From IMG/VR virus record IMGVR_UViG_3300028591_000012, positions 40,298 through 104,297 of that record: a DNA stretch of 64,000 nucleotides; one strand, 5' to 3'. This document shows positions 10,132 to 20,896 of this stretch, piece after piece; within the stretch, counting starts at the first letter, position 1, and the number at the start of each line of letters is the position of its first letter. A program made the position numbers and the translations under genes. Source of the DNA: a virus. Its lineage: Duplodnaviria > Caudoviricetes. The notes beneath the pieces were generated by a model. The model did not search any database. It worked only from the letters and a program-made list of their open reading frames with translations, and was not told where the DNA came from.

Positions 10132-10491
10132 GTGAAAAGACTGATAGTTTTATCTTTACTTGTTTCTATTCTTTTTATCAGTTGTACAAAAAGTCAGGCT
10201 CGCGCAATAGCTACGTGGAGCAATGATTTGAAACAGGAGTACAAGGTGCAGGATGTAGACAACCGTCTGTATAATTATCAGTGGTTCTATGACCAGTACA
10301 ATGCCTGTGTCGCAACTGCAAATAACGTAAAGATTCTTGAAGGTGAAGAACGAAAGGGAACTCTTATGGTTTTGAATTCTATGATTTCTGAGTATAACTC
10401 AAAATCAAGTCAGACCATAAACGCTGCACTGTGGAAAGCAGACAACCTTCCGTATCAGCTCAGTCTTCAGGATTTTGGAATAACTAATTAG
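10132..10491 (+). CDS. Lipoprotein, unknown function
   Basis: Signal peptide ending in the lipobox FISC. Confidence 0.6.
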   Translation: MKRLIVLSLLVSILFISCTKSQARAIATWSNDLKQEYKVQDVDNRLYNYQWFYDQYNACVATANNVKILEGEERKGTLMVLNSMISEYNSKSSQTINAALWKADNLPYQLSLQDFGITN

Positions 10492-10501
10492 GAGAATATG
10501 A

Positions 10502-11047
10502 ATGAAAAACTTTAAGAAAATCCTTACAGCCTTATTATTCGGAGTTTTTGTTTCATCAGTCTGTAGCTGTTGGCTATTTGAACCTTCAGAGCCTACTGCG
10601 CAGCAAAAACAAACACAGGCACAGAAACAGAATCTTAATTCTGCCGTAACTGCTTATCCGACACCACAGGTAAATAATTTCGTTGAACGAAAGACAATTT
10701 CTGAGTGGGTAAAACGCTGGGATAAATCAAGCGTAGTAACATACTGTTATGTATTTATCGGCTCTGCACCTATCGGATATTTCGTAACCAATGGTAAACC
10801 GGCTTCTACACAGTCTTATTTAATTCCTGAGACTAGAGTTGAAGGTGGACACGATTTGGGTGAAGGTTTTGGCGATATGATTATTGAATCACCTGACCTT
10901 GACGGCTGTTATGGTGCCAATAATCCTGGCTATCGTTTCTTTCTTGCAAATGGAACTGCTGTAGAGTGTTCAGGCGCAATGGTAAGTATGATATATTCGG
11001 ATGCTCCATTAAGCTTGAAATGTCCTCTAATTGAGTCAATAAAATAG
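10502..11047 (+). CDS. Lipoprotein, unknown function
   Basis: Signal peptide ending VCSC; PDLDGCYG motif. Confidence 0.6.
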   Translation: MKNFKKILTALLFGVFVSSVCSCWLFEPSEPTAQQKQTQAQKQNLNSAVTAYPTPQVNNFVERKTISEWVKRWDKSSVVTYCYVFIGSAPIGYFVTNGKPASTQSYLIPETRVEGGHDLGEGFGDMIIESPDLDGCYGANNPGYRFFLANGTAVECSGAMVSMIYSDAPLSLKCPLIESIK

Positions 11048-11058
11048 GAGAAAAACAG

Positions 11059-11484
11059 ATGCAGGATTTAAATCGTTGGATTGGAATTGGTCGTCTAACA
11101 AAAGACTTGGGAACAGATGAAAGAAGCTTTGGATATGTTGCTAATGGACAGGCTCGCGCAAATGTAAGTATTGCTGTAAATCACAGCAAAAAGCAGGGAG
11201 ACGAATGGATTACCGAAGCTGATTTTTTTGATGTTACTATCTGGGGAAAAACTGCAGAAAACCTCAAACCGTATCTTACAAAGGGTACGCAGATTTGTGT
11301 TGATGGACACTTAAAACAGGACCACTGGGAGAAAGACGGTCAGAAGTTCAGTAAGATTTCCATTGTCGCAGATAACGTACAGTTGCTTGGTGGTAAAAAA
11401 GAAGGTTCGTCTTCTCACCCCTCTGCTCCACAGTCAGCCTCGTTTGATGCAGCTGAAGGATTCCCGGAGTCAATACCTTTTTAA
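11059..11484 (+). CDS. ssb: Single-stranded DNA-binding protein
   Basis: LNRWIGIGRLTKD, FFDVTIWGKTAE, acidic tail ending IPF. Confidence 0.95.
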   Translation: MQDLNRWIGIGRLTKDLGTDERSFGYVANGQARANVSIAVNHSKKQGDEWITEADFFDVTIWGKTAENLKPYLTKGTQICVDGHLKQDHWEKDGQKFSKISIVADNVQLLGGKKEGSSSHPSAPQSASFDAAEGFPESIPF

Positions 11485-11562
11485 TCTTCCAAAACAAGTC
11501 AAAATTTTATTGAAAATTTTTGATGGAGTTTTGTGTTGAAATATACATAAAACTCCAAGGAG

Positions 11563-12063
11563 GTGTTTATGTTATGTAAAATTTGTGGAAAAGAAAAATC
11601 AGAAGATGAGTTTTATAAAACTGATAAACATCATTGCAAGGAATGTATCAAGAAACGCACTCGTGAAAACAGATTTAAAAATCTTGAATATTATCGGGAA
11701 TATGATAGAAAACGTGGTGAGTCAAAAGAAAGAATAGAACGTAATAAAAAATACAAAGAACGTTTAAGATTAGAAGACCCAGAAAAGTATGACAGAATTT
11801 TTCACGGTATAAGAAAAAGGTTTAGAGAGAAAAACTCTGAAAAAATAAAAGCGAATGGTATTATAGATGATATGATTCGTTATGGCAAACTTGAACGTCC
11901 TGAAGTATGCAGTATTTGCGGTGTTACTTGTACTCCACAAGCACATCATCCAGATTATTCAAAACCGAAAGAAGTAATATGGGTGTGTGTAAGATGTCAC
12001 GCAAACATTCATAAGCAAATAAGAGCAGAATTGCGCAAAGCAGAATCTGTAAAAGAGGCTTAG
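11563..12063 (+). CDS. Zinc-finger/HNH-like protein
   Basis: CKICG...CKEC and CSICG...AHHPDYSKP...CVRCH. Confidence 0.7.
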   Translation: MFMLCKICGKEKSEDEFYKTDKHHCKECIKKRTRENRFKNLEYYREYDRKRGESKERIERNKKYKERLRLEDPEKYDRIFHGIRKRFREKNSEKIKANGIIDDMIRYGKLERPEVCSICGVTCTPQAHHPDYSKPKEVIWVCVRCHANIHKQIRAELRKAESVKEA

Positions 12064-12776
12064 ATGTATTCAAAGGTACAGTCATTAGGCAGTAACAGAA
12101 TCGGCGTATTTGCTGATTCATACATTGAAAACTCATTTGTAGTCCGTAATGCAGATATGGTATATGCGAGGATAAACAAAATTGGTGCAAAGTGGGTTGT
12201 ATGGTTTTACAAGAAACACTTGCAGAAAAGTTTTGAAAAATTACGCGATGCCATATCCTGCATAAATGATGACTTCATCGAATATTACAGGAGCAAGAAT
12301 TGAGATATACGAAAGAGTTACAGAAGAACGTATGCAATGACATTCAATTCGGGCTTACTCCTGTTCAGTGTGCTGAAAAGTACGGAGTTCCTGTTTCAGT
12401 AGTCATTAAATGGAATGGTCTTGAAATGACCGAACAGAGGGCTGCTGAAATAGCAATAAGGAAATATCAGGTTGAAGTATCGAATACCGAAGCTGACATT
12501 TCTTCAAGGCTGGACGAGTATCTTGATCCTGACATAAGTGATGAAGAACTGTTCAAGATTGATAATATGATTTCAAAAAAGCTTTTCAAGCTTGTAGCTG
12601 ACGTCGTAAAGAAGGAACGTGAATTAAGGCCGCAGGAAGAAAAGAAGTCTGACGCTCAGATTATCATAGAGATAACAAACAAATGGAGAGATAATAAGTT
12701 CATAAAAATGTACAGTCTTTAAGTTTGTTATTTTTTGGACTTACCATAAAATAAATCATTTTTCGGAGGTATAAAA

Positions 12777-13127
12777 ATGAAGAATATTTTAATTTGGCTT
12801 GGTGTTGCTTTTGTTGTTGCCGGAACTGCAATCGGACAGTTCACTGGTATTGAAGCAGCAGCTTGGATTGAGCTTGTAGGCTGGGCTGTAGGTCTTGCCT
12901 GTTGTATCATTGGTATCGTTTCAAAGGCAGAAAAGAAAGACTGGAAGCTTTATGCTTCAATTGCAGGTATTGTTGTCGGTGTTTCTCTGCTTGCCTTTGC
13001 TGGTGTTACTGAAGATAAGATTAAGACTCTTGTTACGGCAATTATTGGTCTTGTAGCTCTTATTGCCAGTGTTATCCCTGCTTTTGTTATAAAGAAAGAT
13101 ACTAAGAAAGTAGAAAAGAAATTGTAA
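12777..13127 (+). CDS. Four-TM membrane protein
   Basis: Four hydrophobic segments and a basic C-terminal tail. Confidence 0.6.
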   Translation: MKNILIWLGVAFVVAGTAIGQFTGIEAAAWIELVGWAVGLACCIIGIVSKAEKKDWKLYASIAGIVVGVSLLAFAGVTEDKIKTLVTAIIGLVALIASVIPAFVIKKDTKKVEKKL

Positions 13128-13199
13128 ATTTCAGCTCTGCTCTAAAACATATATGAATCCATATATGTCCTCCTGATTTTTTTTAGAGCAGGGCTTTAC

Positions 13200-13274
13200 G
13201 GCTGCATCGTCTATTATCGGTTAGGACATTACCCTTTCAAGGTAAGAAACCAGGTTCAATTCCTGGTGCGGCTA
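13200..13274 (+). tRNA. tRNA-Glu(TTC)
   Basis: Acceptor GGCTGCA/TGCGGCT, anticodon arm TTACC-CTTTCAA-GGTAA, T-arm CCAGG-TTCAATT-CCTGG; no encoded CCA. Confidence 0.9.
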
Positions 13275-13375
13275 TAACAAAGGGAAGGTTTATTTAAAAA
13301 AGTTTACTACCTTTTCGTAATTTAGTTTTTTTGCATACCTTGCATACCTTCCTTTTGTTTGTTTAGGAGTTTATA

Positions 13376-13705
13376 ATGGCTGAGACAAAAGAACCTTTTG
13401 AAGTAGCAAAAGATTATACTAATGGCTTTCATCTTACAAAGGAAGACTTGAAAGAAAAACGTGCTGAGATTTATGCACAGATTGAATACCTTCTTAATAT
13501 GCTTAAGCAGATTGATGAAGTTGAAGATGCCGGTGCAGATGTAATGTCAGTTCAGGAAGTAAAGGAATACCTTAAGCTTGATTCAATTGACCCAAGAATG
13601 GATGTACCTAAAGACATTCCAAGAATAAGAATGGGTGTAGGATATGTCTATTACAGAAAAGATGTAAAGCATTTCCTTGATTCACGAAGGAGAGGCGGAA
13701 AATGA
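13376..13705 (+). CDS. HTH_17-like DNA-binding protein
   Basis: MSVQEVKEYLK...IPRIRMG...YYRKDVKHFL. Confidence 0.55.
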   Translation: MAETKEPFEVAKDYTNGFHLTKEDLKEKRAEIYAQIEYLLNMLKQIDEVEDAGADVMSVQEVKEYLKLDSIDPRMDVPKDIPRIRMGVGYVYYRKDVKHFLDSRRRGGK

Positions 13706-13885
13706 AAAAGAAGGAATTTATTGTTGTAGTAGAAATGCCTGACGGTACACAACAGGAGTTTATTACTTTTGAAGAAGTAGAGATTGGAGCTTTTTTCAAA
13801 GGTGGAAAGGTCTTAGATTGTAGAAATCTTAAGAAAAAGTTTGTATAATATAATTATCTCGTCTGCAAGTGTAGACGGAGTTTCT

Positions 13886-13925
13886 AAGGGCGGTGACTAA
13901 CGACTTCACCGCCCTTTGTATTTTT
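13886..13925. terminator. Intrinsic terminator between convergent gene blocks
   Basis: AAGGGCGGTGA/TCACCGCCCTT 11-bp stem followed by a T-rich tract. Confidence 0.7.
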
Positions 13926-14337
13926 AATAATAATAAATGTAATATTCCTGCAAAGTACCAGTCTTTACGGTTTGAGAAGAAGTAAGAGTATCTACAAAAC
14001 GTCTCTTAAAATGATTACCGCCTGTTTTTGGGTTGAGCCATTTCTCAACAGTAAACTCATTGTTTTTTATCACAGAAGGAAGTTCTTTTACAATTTTTCT
14101 TTTGAAATTCTTTCCTGTAAACTTATTCAAAATCATTAAAGAATCATTTACAGTATAATCTTCTGCAAGCCATTTATTTGCCTTTGATTTTTGTATTACA
14201 TCAATTAAATCGACAGGCTTTCCATTAACTTCTTCTATGATTGTACAGATACAAAGAAAAAGGCAGCCGCAATCATTGATAAACTTTAATTTAGACTGTA
14301 TTCCTTTATATCTGGTTTTAATCTCATTAAGTGTCAT
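13924..14337 (-). CDS. Putative Cys/His-type lysin (DUF261-like)
   Basis: GCLFLC and NHF motifs; last gene of the holin/spanin cassette. Confidence 0.45.
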   Translation of the reverse strand: MTLNEIKTRYKGIQSKLKFINDCGCLFLCICTIIEEVNGKPVDLIDVIQKSKANKWLAEDYTVNDSLMILNKFTGKNFKRKIVKELPSVIKNNEFTVEKWLNPKTGGNHFKRRFVDTLTSSQTVKTGTLQEYYIYYY

Positions 14338-14564
14338 TTACACTCTCCTACAATGCGTGTTACATCATCACCCCACTTTTCCCACTCCTGGACTAAATGC
14401 TCGTAATAGTTTACGAGTTCAGCTACGTCCTTTACTGAGGTTACATCGGGCATTGTTTCACGCTGAGGCTTTGGAGGAAGTACTACGTCTTTACTCGGAA
14501 GGGACCGGCACCCTAGTGTTGTTAATGGCAACAATAGTATTGATAATATCAAGAACTTCTTCAT
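14334..14564 (-). CDS. o-spanin (Rz1-like) lipoprotein
   Basis: MKKFLILSILLLPLTTLGC lipobox, proline-rich segment, overlaps the upstream coiled-coil TM gene in another frame. Confidence 0.7.
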   Translation of the reverse strand: MKKFLILSILLLPLTTLGCRSLPSKDVVLPPKPQRETMPDVTSVKDVAELVNYYEHLVQEWEKWGDDVTRIVGECK

Positions 14565-14790
14565 CTGTTTTAGCCTCCTGTATGTCACGGTCAGTTTCCT
14601 TTCTGTCTTTTTCAATGGCAGCTATTTCCTGAGCGTGCTGATAAAGGTAAATGATGTTTTTCTGCTGATTTTCATTTTCTTCTTTAAGTTTCTTGTTTTC
14701 GTCTGACTGTTTCTTAAGTACATTGATTGTAAGAAACAGAGCAAGTACTAAACAAAGAATTATAAGTGAAAGGATAATTGTTATGCTCAT
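14491..14790 (-). CDS. i-spanin (Rz-like)
   Basis: N-terminal TM followed by coiled coil; overlaps the lipoprotein gene. Confidence 0.65.
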   Translation of the reverse strand: MSITIILSLIILCLVLALFLTINVLKKQSDENKKLKEENENQQKNIIYLYQHAQEIAAIEKDRKETDRDIQEAKTDEEVLDIINTIVAINNTRVPVPSE

Positions 14791-15395
14791 TGTTCGCCTC
14801 CTACTCCTGCAATCTTGCGAGCATTGAAATAAAGCTCACTGAAAATGCGTTTGTATTCATCTATTGAAATTGAATCAAGAATGTGTGGCAGGTCATACTG
14901 TGGAAGCTGTACATTGTATGTATAAAGATTGGCCTTTACGCTTCTATAATATCCTGTAGCCTTAGCATCCGAATATTTAGTAAGCTCCAAATCACCTTTC
15001 TCTGTAATGTGGTTTCTTGTAAGGTCATTCTTTACTTCGTAATTAAGCTTTCCCTCTATTAAATGAGCTATATCTTCAAGAATGAAAAGCTCAGTCTGGT
15101 CAGTAATTTTGAATAACTGTCTGCCCTGCTCGTATATATCAATCCATATCTTTTTAAGCAGATTATGAGCATTGCTTGTCTGATTATCGAGAGTGTTTTT
15201 ACCTTCAGTTCTGTAGAGTTCTCTCTGCGAGCTGGTTACAATCTCAATATCTTTCAGTTTTACATCGCGGTTCTTGAGAATCCAGAACACGATTATTACA
15301 ACAGAGGCTGCAAGAAAAGCAATAATTAAAAGCAGCCCGAAAAGGAATATCGGTGGAAGCCTACCGATAGCATCAATGCTCTTCTCCACTTCCAT
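14787..15395 (-). CDS. Membrane-anchored protein in the lysis cassette
   Basis: Single long TM followed by a soluble domain; likely start ATG 15395. Confidence 0.5.
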   Translation of the reverse strand: MEVEKSIDAIGRLPPIFLFGLLLIIAFLAASVVIIVFWILKNRDVKLKDIEIVTSSQRELYRTEGKNTLDNQTSNAHNLLKKIWIDIYEQGRQLFKITDQTELFILEDIAHLIEGKLNYEVKNDLTRNHITEKGDLELTKYSDAKATGYYRSVKANLYTYNVQLPQYDLPHILDSISIDEYKRIFSELYFNARKIAGVGGEQ

Positions 15396-15678
15396 CTTGT
15401 ACCTCCTCTTTATTCTTGCCAATCTTTTCTACGAGAAACTGTATAAGTTTTTGAAAAGCCTTGAAGATTGTGTCATAGAAAAGAGTAGCACCTGTTACGG
15501 CTACCCAAACCTGCATTGCTTTCAAAGGAAGATATAATGCCGCAATTGCAACTCCGGCTCCCACAACAAGTGTTACCAAAGTCCATACACGTTTACCGCC
15601 CTTGTCCACAAGATTCTTGATTACACCTACGGTTCCAACGATTGCTACCATAGTCCAGATTAAAAGCTCACTCTGCAT
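15373..15678 (-). CDS. Putative holin
   Basis: 101 aa, three TM segments, charged C-terminus, upstream of the spanins. Confidence 0.55.
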   Translation of the reverse strand: MQSELLIWTMVAIVGTVGVIKNLVDKGGKRVWTLVTLVVGAGVAIAALYLPLKAMQVWVAVTGATLFYDTIFKAFQKLIQFLVEKIGKNKEEVQDGSGEEH

Positions 15679-16082
15679 TATCGACCTCCTGCTTTTGTGA
15701 TTCTTCGGTTCAGTACATCAAGGTACTGTTCCATATATCCTACCTGTGCTTCCAACAGGTTCATATCTTCCTGATCCGTGCCAAAAGGTTGATTTTCAAC
15801 AGCTTTTTTAGCTCTTTTAATCTTACCTTCCAAGTCTTCCCTTTCCTGCAACATTCTTTTTAGATATTCAGGCATAAAGTCTCCTTATTCTATTTCTGTG
15901 TAATTAAACTCATCATACTCTTTTTCTGTAAGTGGTTTTCCTTCTGTGAAGTCTACGCAATCGGTTCGTGCGGTGTAAGTAAACAAATCCTGCTGCAAAC
16001 AGAAACCGTAACGTTCACCGTACTTGATTCCACAGTCAACCCAGGATGTACATTTACTGCAAATTATTTCCTGCATAGTTTT

Positions 16083-16143
16083 ATATTAGAGTGAATAAAT
16101 AGTGAGCTTAATTTTTAAGCGTGTTTTTTTTCCGTGTTACGCT
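16083..16143. promoter_or_regulatory. Back-to-back TTAAGC-N17-(-10) promoters
   Basis: - strand TTAAGC(16111-16106)-N17-TAATAT driving the lysis cassette; + strand TTAAGC(16115-16120)-N17-TACGCT. Confidence 0.55.
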
Positions 16144-16161
16144 TTGAGCGAGGTACGAAAT

Positions 16162-17253
16162 ATGACACCTGTATGTTCAAAGTGTAAATATCTGACAGAC
16201 AAGAGCGTAAGATTCAGAAAGTGTGCGCGTATTCCTATTTTTTATCCTGATATGCTCTGCTGTAATGAAAAGAATATGGTTAAGGATAATGTAACCGGCG
16301 AAAGCTACACTCCTTACTGTGAAGAAGTAAACCGTCACGCAGAATGTCTTGAATACTATCCTTCAGGTCTTGAGAAACCAGCCATTACTTTCTTTGATGT
16401 TGATAACACTCTTGCCGTTTATGGAGATTCTCAGTTTGTCATTACTTACGATGGAACTGAGCCGAACTCAAAAATGGAAGCCGTAGGTGAATACGATGAT
16501 GAACAGAAAGTTTATGTTTATGAGACAGTTCTTGAACATTCCTGTATCGTAAAGGCCGCCTGTGTACTTGATGATGTCATTTCTGAAGTTGTTGAATATA
16601 AGGTTGAAATTGCTGACGTACCTGTAATCACTTTTGATAAGGCAACAAATACCGTAACGATAGATTCATATAACGAAGTTCACTACACAACAGACGGAAC
16701 AACCGTTACCGATGAATCTCCTTTATACGAAGGACCGTTTGTAATCGACCATAACCTTACAGTAAAATGCCGTTCTTACTATAAAGATGAATACTCTGAA
16801 GAAGTTTCTCTTGAATGTATTTCAGTTGAGCCGCCAGTAATTACCTTTGACGCTGATACAAATACAGTAACGATTACCGCAGATGATACAATCCTCTACT
16901 CTACTGACGGAAGCGATATTTATGATGATTCTGACCAGTATGTTGCTCCGTTTGTAATCGACAGAAATACAGTTGTAAAGGCAGCCTGTATTGTTGACGG
17001 TGAACTTTCAGAGCAGGCAGAAAAAGAATGTAAGGTTCCTACTACGCCTGTAATCTCTTTTGATACACGAACAGCTACGGTTACGATTACTTCCGAAAAT
17101 CCTGTCTTGTATACAACAGACGGAAGCGACGTAAAGAAGAAAGACGAAGAATACAAAGGTCCGTTCAAGATTACACAGACTACAACTATTAAAGCCAAGT
17201 CTATTGTAGATGACAGATTATCTGCTCAGGCAGAAAGAGAGTGCGTAATTTAA
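16162..17253 (+). CDS. Protein with tandem Fn3-associated/chitobiase-like repeats
   Basis: Four PVITF...YT(T/Y)DG(T/S)...Y.GPF.I repeats after a Cys-rich N-terminus; start ATG 16162 with RBS GAGG. Confidence 0.75.
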   Translation: MTPVCSKCKYLTDKSVRFRKCARIPIFYPDMLCCNEKNMVKDNVTGESYTPYCEEVNRHAECLEYYPSGLEKPAITFFDVDNTLAVYGDSQFVITYDGTEPNSKMEAVGEYDDEQKVYVYETVLEHSCIVKAACVLDDVISEVVEYKVEIADVPVITFDKATNTVTIDSYNEVHYTTDGTTVTDESPLYEGPFVIDHNLTVKCRSYYKDEYSEEVSLECISVEPPVITFDADTNTVTITADDTILYSTDGSDIYDDSDQYVAPFVIDRNTVVKAACIVDGELSEQAEKECKVPTTPVISFDTRTATVTITSENPVLYTTDGSDVKKKDEEYKGPFKITQTTTIKAKSIVDDRLSAQAERECVI

Positions 17254-17389
17254 GCTCACATTTTTTCTCCACTATCCTCTTCTTAAAGAACAATGATAAT
17301 TTGCTGAGTTTTATCATTGCTTTTTAGTAATGGTTTTTAAGCCCATCTGTAACTCAGCAACAGGTGGGTTTTCTTTTTCAGGAGCTTAG

Positions 17390-18148
17390 ATGAGTTTTAA
17401 TCTTGTTCACGAAGACTGCTATGAGTTTATACCTACACTTGAAGATAAATCTGTAAATCTTATCGTAACTGATCCGCCGTATAAACTAGGTAACACTAAG
17501 GGGGGGGGCTTGTATAAACTTATTGATGGTGGCTCTCAGGAAGATAACCCTTATAACCGCAAAGCTACTAATGCGATAACACAATTAAAGTCTCTTGATT
17601 CTGTAGATTTTGACGCTACAAAATTTCTCAATTTGATTAAACCAAAGATGAAACAGTTCTACGGTTATTTCTTCTGTAATAAGTTACTGATACCTGAATA
17701 CTTAAACTTTGCTGTAGAAAATAAATATTCCTTCGATATATTAGCACTTCTAAAAGCAAACCCGATTCCTGCGAGAAATAATCATTTCTTACCAGATATG
17801 GAATACTGCATTATGATTCGTGAAGGCGGTACTTATTGGTCAAAAGACGCAAAATTTGATGATTACAGAAAATATTATACAGTTCCTTGCTGTGGTAAGC
17901 GATTACATCCTGCAGAAAAACCTGTCGAGTTTCTTGAACGTTTTGTACGTGTAAGCTGTCCTGAAGACGGTCTTGTATTTGACCCTTTCAGTGGAAGTGG
18001 TAGTACAGGAATTGCCTGTCTGAGAAATGGCAGGAACTTTCTTGGTTGTGAAAAGGACCAAAAGTTCTTTGAGCTTGCAAATAAAAGATTAAAAGATTTT
18101 GAAGATGATTTGAACGGTGTTGGCGGACTGTTCGAGGGGATTGAATGA
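17390..18148 (+). CDS. DNA N6-adenine/N4-cytosine methyltransferase (beta class)
   Basis: TDPPY, HPAEKP, VFDPFSGSGSTG. Confidence 0.9.
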   Translation: MSFNLVHEDCYEFIPTLEDKSVNLIVTDPPYKLGNTKGGGLYKLIDGGSQEDNPYNRKATNAITQLKSLDSVDFDATKFLNLIKPKMKQFYGYFFCNKLLIPEYLNFAVENKYSFDILALLKANPIPARNNHFLPDMEYCIMIREGGTYWSKDAKFDDYRKYYTVPCCGKRLHPAEKPVEFLERFVRVSCPEDGLVFDPFSGSGSTGIACLRNGRNFLGCEKDQKFFELANKRLKDFEDDLNGVGGLFEGIE

Positions 18149-19059
18149 CAGAACACGAGTTTACGTTAGCAGACAGAATTGCAAAGATTAAGAGCATAAA
18201 TGAGCAGTATGATTTAGAGCATAATGGTTATATCTCATTTAGCGGTGGTAAGGATTCTACTGTACTACACTACCTCATTGATGAAGCTTTGCCGGAAAAT
18301 AAAATCCCTAGAGTATTTATAAACACAGGAATTGAATACAAACTTATCTTACAGTTTGTAAAGGAAATGGCTTCTAAAGATGACAGATTTGTAATATGGA
18401 CTGTAGGAAAAGATATTAAAAATACGCTTTTGCGCGTAGGTATGCCTTTTAAGTCAAAAGAACATTCTCATAAACTTTACGCATATAAAAAAGGCTGGAT
18501 TGGAGAATCTGTAAAAAAGTATTTTAAGCTTATTCCTAATGGATATATCACTTGTCCAAACAGTCTTATGTATCAGGTTGAAGACGATTTTACAATGAAC
18601 ATATCTGACCAATGTTGTTATGAATTTAAAAAGAAACCAGCTTTAGATTATATGAAGCAAAGTGGACGTTTAATTACTCTTACAGGAATGATGAAAGCAG
18701 AAGGTGGTCAGCGTACTTCTTTGAATTGTATCGTTACAGATAAATCAGGAAAGCTTAAAAAGTTTCACCCTATGGCTGTTGTTTCTGATGAGTGGGAAAA
18801 ATGGTACATAGAACACAAGAGTATCCAATTGGCTTTGCAAATTAACGCTGTATGGACAGCCAATGCAGCCTGACCTTTTGAAATTGTATGGTGGGTAATA
18901 AAGCTTAGCCAATTGGATACTCTTGAGCAGGTTGCACCTACAGAGAGAAAAAGAGCCGAATGGTTATGGAAGCCAGTTTATGATGAATATAGACGTATTG
19001 GTTATAGATTAAGAAAAGAAAATAAAGAAGAACAAAGTTTGTTCAAGGATTTAGAATGA
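18145..19059 (+). pseudogene. PAPS-reductase-family gene interrupted by an internal 72-bp inversion (304 aa when re-inverted)
   Basis: SFSGGKDS PP-loop and CCYEFKK; reverse complement of 18835-18906 restores in-frame KLYYPPYNFKRSGCIGCPYSVNLQ and read-through to TGA 19059. Confidence 0.85.
18816..18925. repeat. 19-bp perfect inverted repeats flanking the inverted segment
   Basis: CAAGAGTATCCAATTGGCT (18816-18834) and AGCCAATTGGATACTCTTG (18907-18925). Confidence 0.95.
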
Positions 19060-19424
19060 AAATAAATAGAAATATATTACCTGACAGTGTAATGGTACTT
19101 GGAACTAAGTATAAGATATTCTACGAGACAGAAGCTCAGCAGCCTAAGATGAAAGGCAATGACGGTTACTGCGAAGCTGTTGCTAAAGAAATACACATTG
19201 CAAGAGATTTGTTTGTTCCAAAAGATGACCCGATGTTACTGAAGGACCTTGCTGAATACGGAAGAACTGTAATAAGGCACGAAATTGTTCACGCTTTCTT
19301 CATTGAATCAGGACTTGCTCAGAACAGTTCTTATGCAGAAAATGAAGAACTTGTAGACTGGATTGCAAGACAATTTCCTAAGATGGCAGAGTGTTTTGCA
19401 AAGGCAGGTGTAACAGGAAAATGA
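19056..19424 (+). CDS. HExxH metallopeptidase-like phage protein
   Basis: RHEIVHAFF and EELVDW. Confidence 0.65.
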   Translation: MKINRNILPDSVMVLGTKYKIFYETEAQQPKMKGNDGYCEAVAKEIHIARDLFVPKDDPMLLKDLAEYGRTVIRHEIVHAFFIESGLAQNSSYAENEELVDWIARQFPKMAECFAKAGVTGK

Positions 19425-20896
19425 CACGCCAGCAGATAGCAGAGTCTTTAGACCTTCACATTAACTATGTAAACTCAGCTTTTGAAGCCGCGATTAAAGA
19501 GCATCCTGAACTTGACCTCTATGACCCTTCCATAAACAACAGAAAAGGTATGGGGGCAGATTATACTCTTGAACAGGTTATGCTTGCTATGAGTTATCTT
19601 AGAGACGGTAAAGGATTATCTGAACTTGAAAAAATTATGCTTGAAGAAGACTTTACTATGAGGGAGCCTGAAAAGGTAAAGGCAATAGGTATAGAAGGAA
19701 CTGAGGAATTTTTGAAGAAGGTAGCTAACTACCCTAAGAAGAAATGCTGTTCAACCTGTGCTTTCTGTACTAAGGCTGCAATGCGAAACAGAAAGCCGGT
19801 TATGAAGCCTTACTGCAACTTCTGGAAGCGTTTTCTTCATAGAATGAAAACAGATAAAGGAACAATGCCCTCACCTTACAATGAATGGTGTAATCAGTGG
19901 GAATATTCAGGTAAGGAACCGCTTATATTCTATACAGCAGATTCACCTGCCAACTTGGATATTTACGGTAATGTTAGAAATGAAGTTATGGGATTTGATG
20001 TTTCAGTTTTCGGTAAAGATTCTAAGGAAGTGAAGCTTGTTACTGATGTAGGTATGGACGTGTTGCCGGATTTTGAAGATTAGTCTTTTTTATTCCACCG
20101 ATATTTACAGTCACAGACAGCATTTTCAGTAAATTCTTTAACTTGATTTAGAGCGTAGAACCTTTTGACTTTTCTTGCTCTATTTTGTTTTAAATAAGAT
20201 GAAATTAAAGTCGGGAACTTTGTAAGTTTTGATTTACAAGCATTAGAAAATCCTGTTCCGCCATAACAGGTCCATTTACCGTTATTATTCCAATCACGGT
20301 AAAAGTAGTCTACAGAGATGTAATTATTCTTTCTATAAAAAAGCATAGCCTGTTCGTTAGAAAGTCTTTTCTTTTTTGTCTCATAAATTATAACAGATGG
20401 ATTCATAATTTTATCTCCTTTAATTCATCAATACAAACCATTTTAAAACCTACCCTCTTGCCGAAGTCTGGGGAAGTTTCTGCAATTTCTTTGCGTTTTT
20501 TCCATTTGTTTGTACAACTAAGACAAAGACACTGGTGCCAGTCTGAAGCTTGATACAGAAGATTTTCTTTTACATACTCCTCGTCAAAAGGAATAATCCG
20601 GCCACAGGAATTACATCGTAGTTTATTTTTCTTTATCATTATAAAATCCTTACAAAAACTGGTCTGCCTGTTTTTTGTTGATGTTCATATAATTTAAGTT
20701 TTCTGTAAGATTCTTGTATATATTCTTCGTTTATTATACAGTCAACTTCCTTTTTAAGACGTTCTTTTGTATCTTCAGAGGTTTTAATAGAATTTATGAT
20801 TTTTATAATTTCTTCTTTCATTCTTTATCTCTTACTACAATTTTAATGTCTTGCTGAGTAACCACCGAAACAAACTCCTATATTCATATCTACCTC

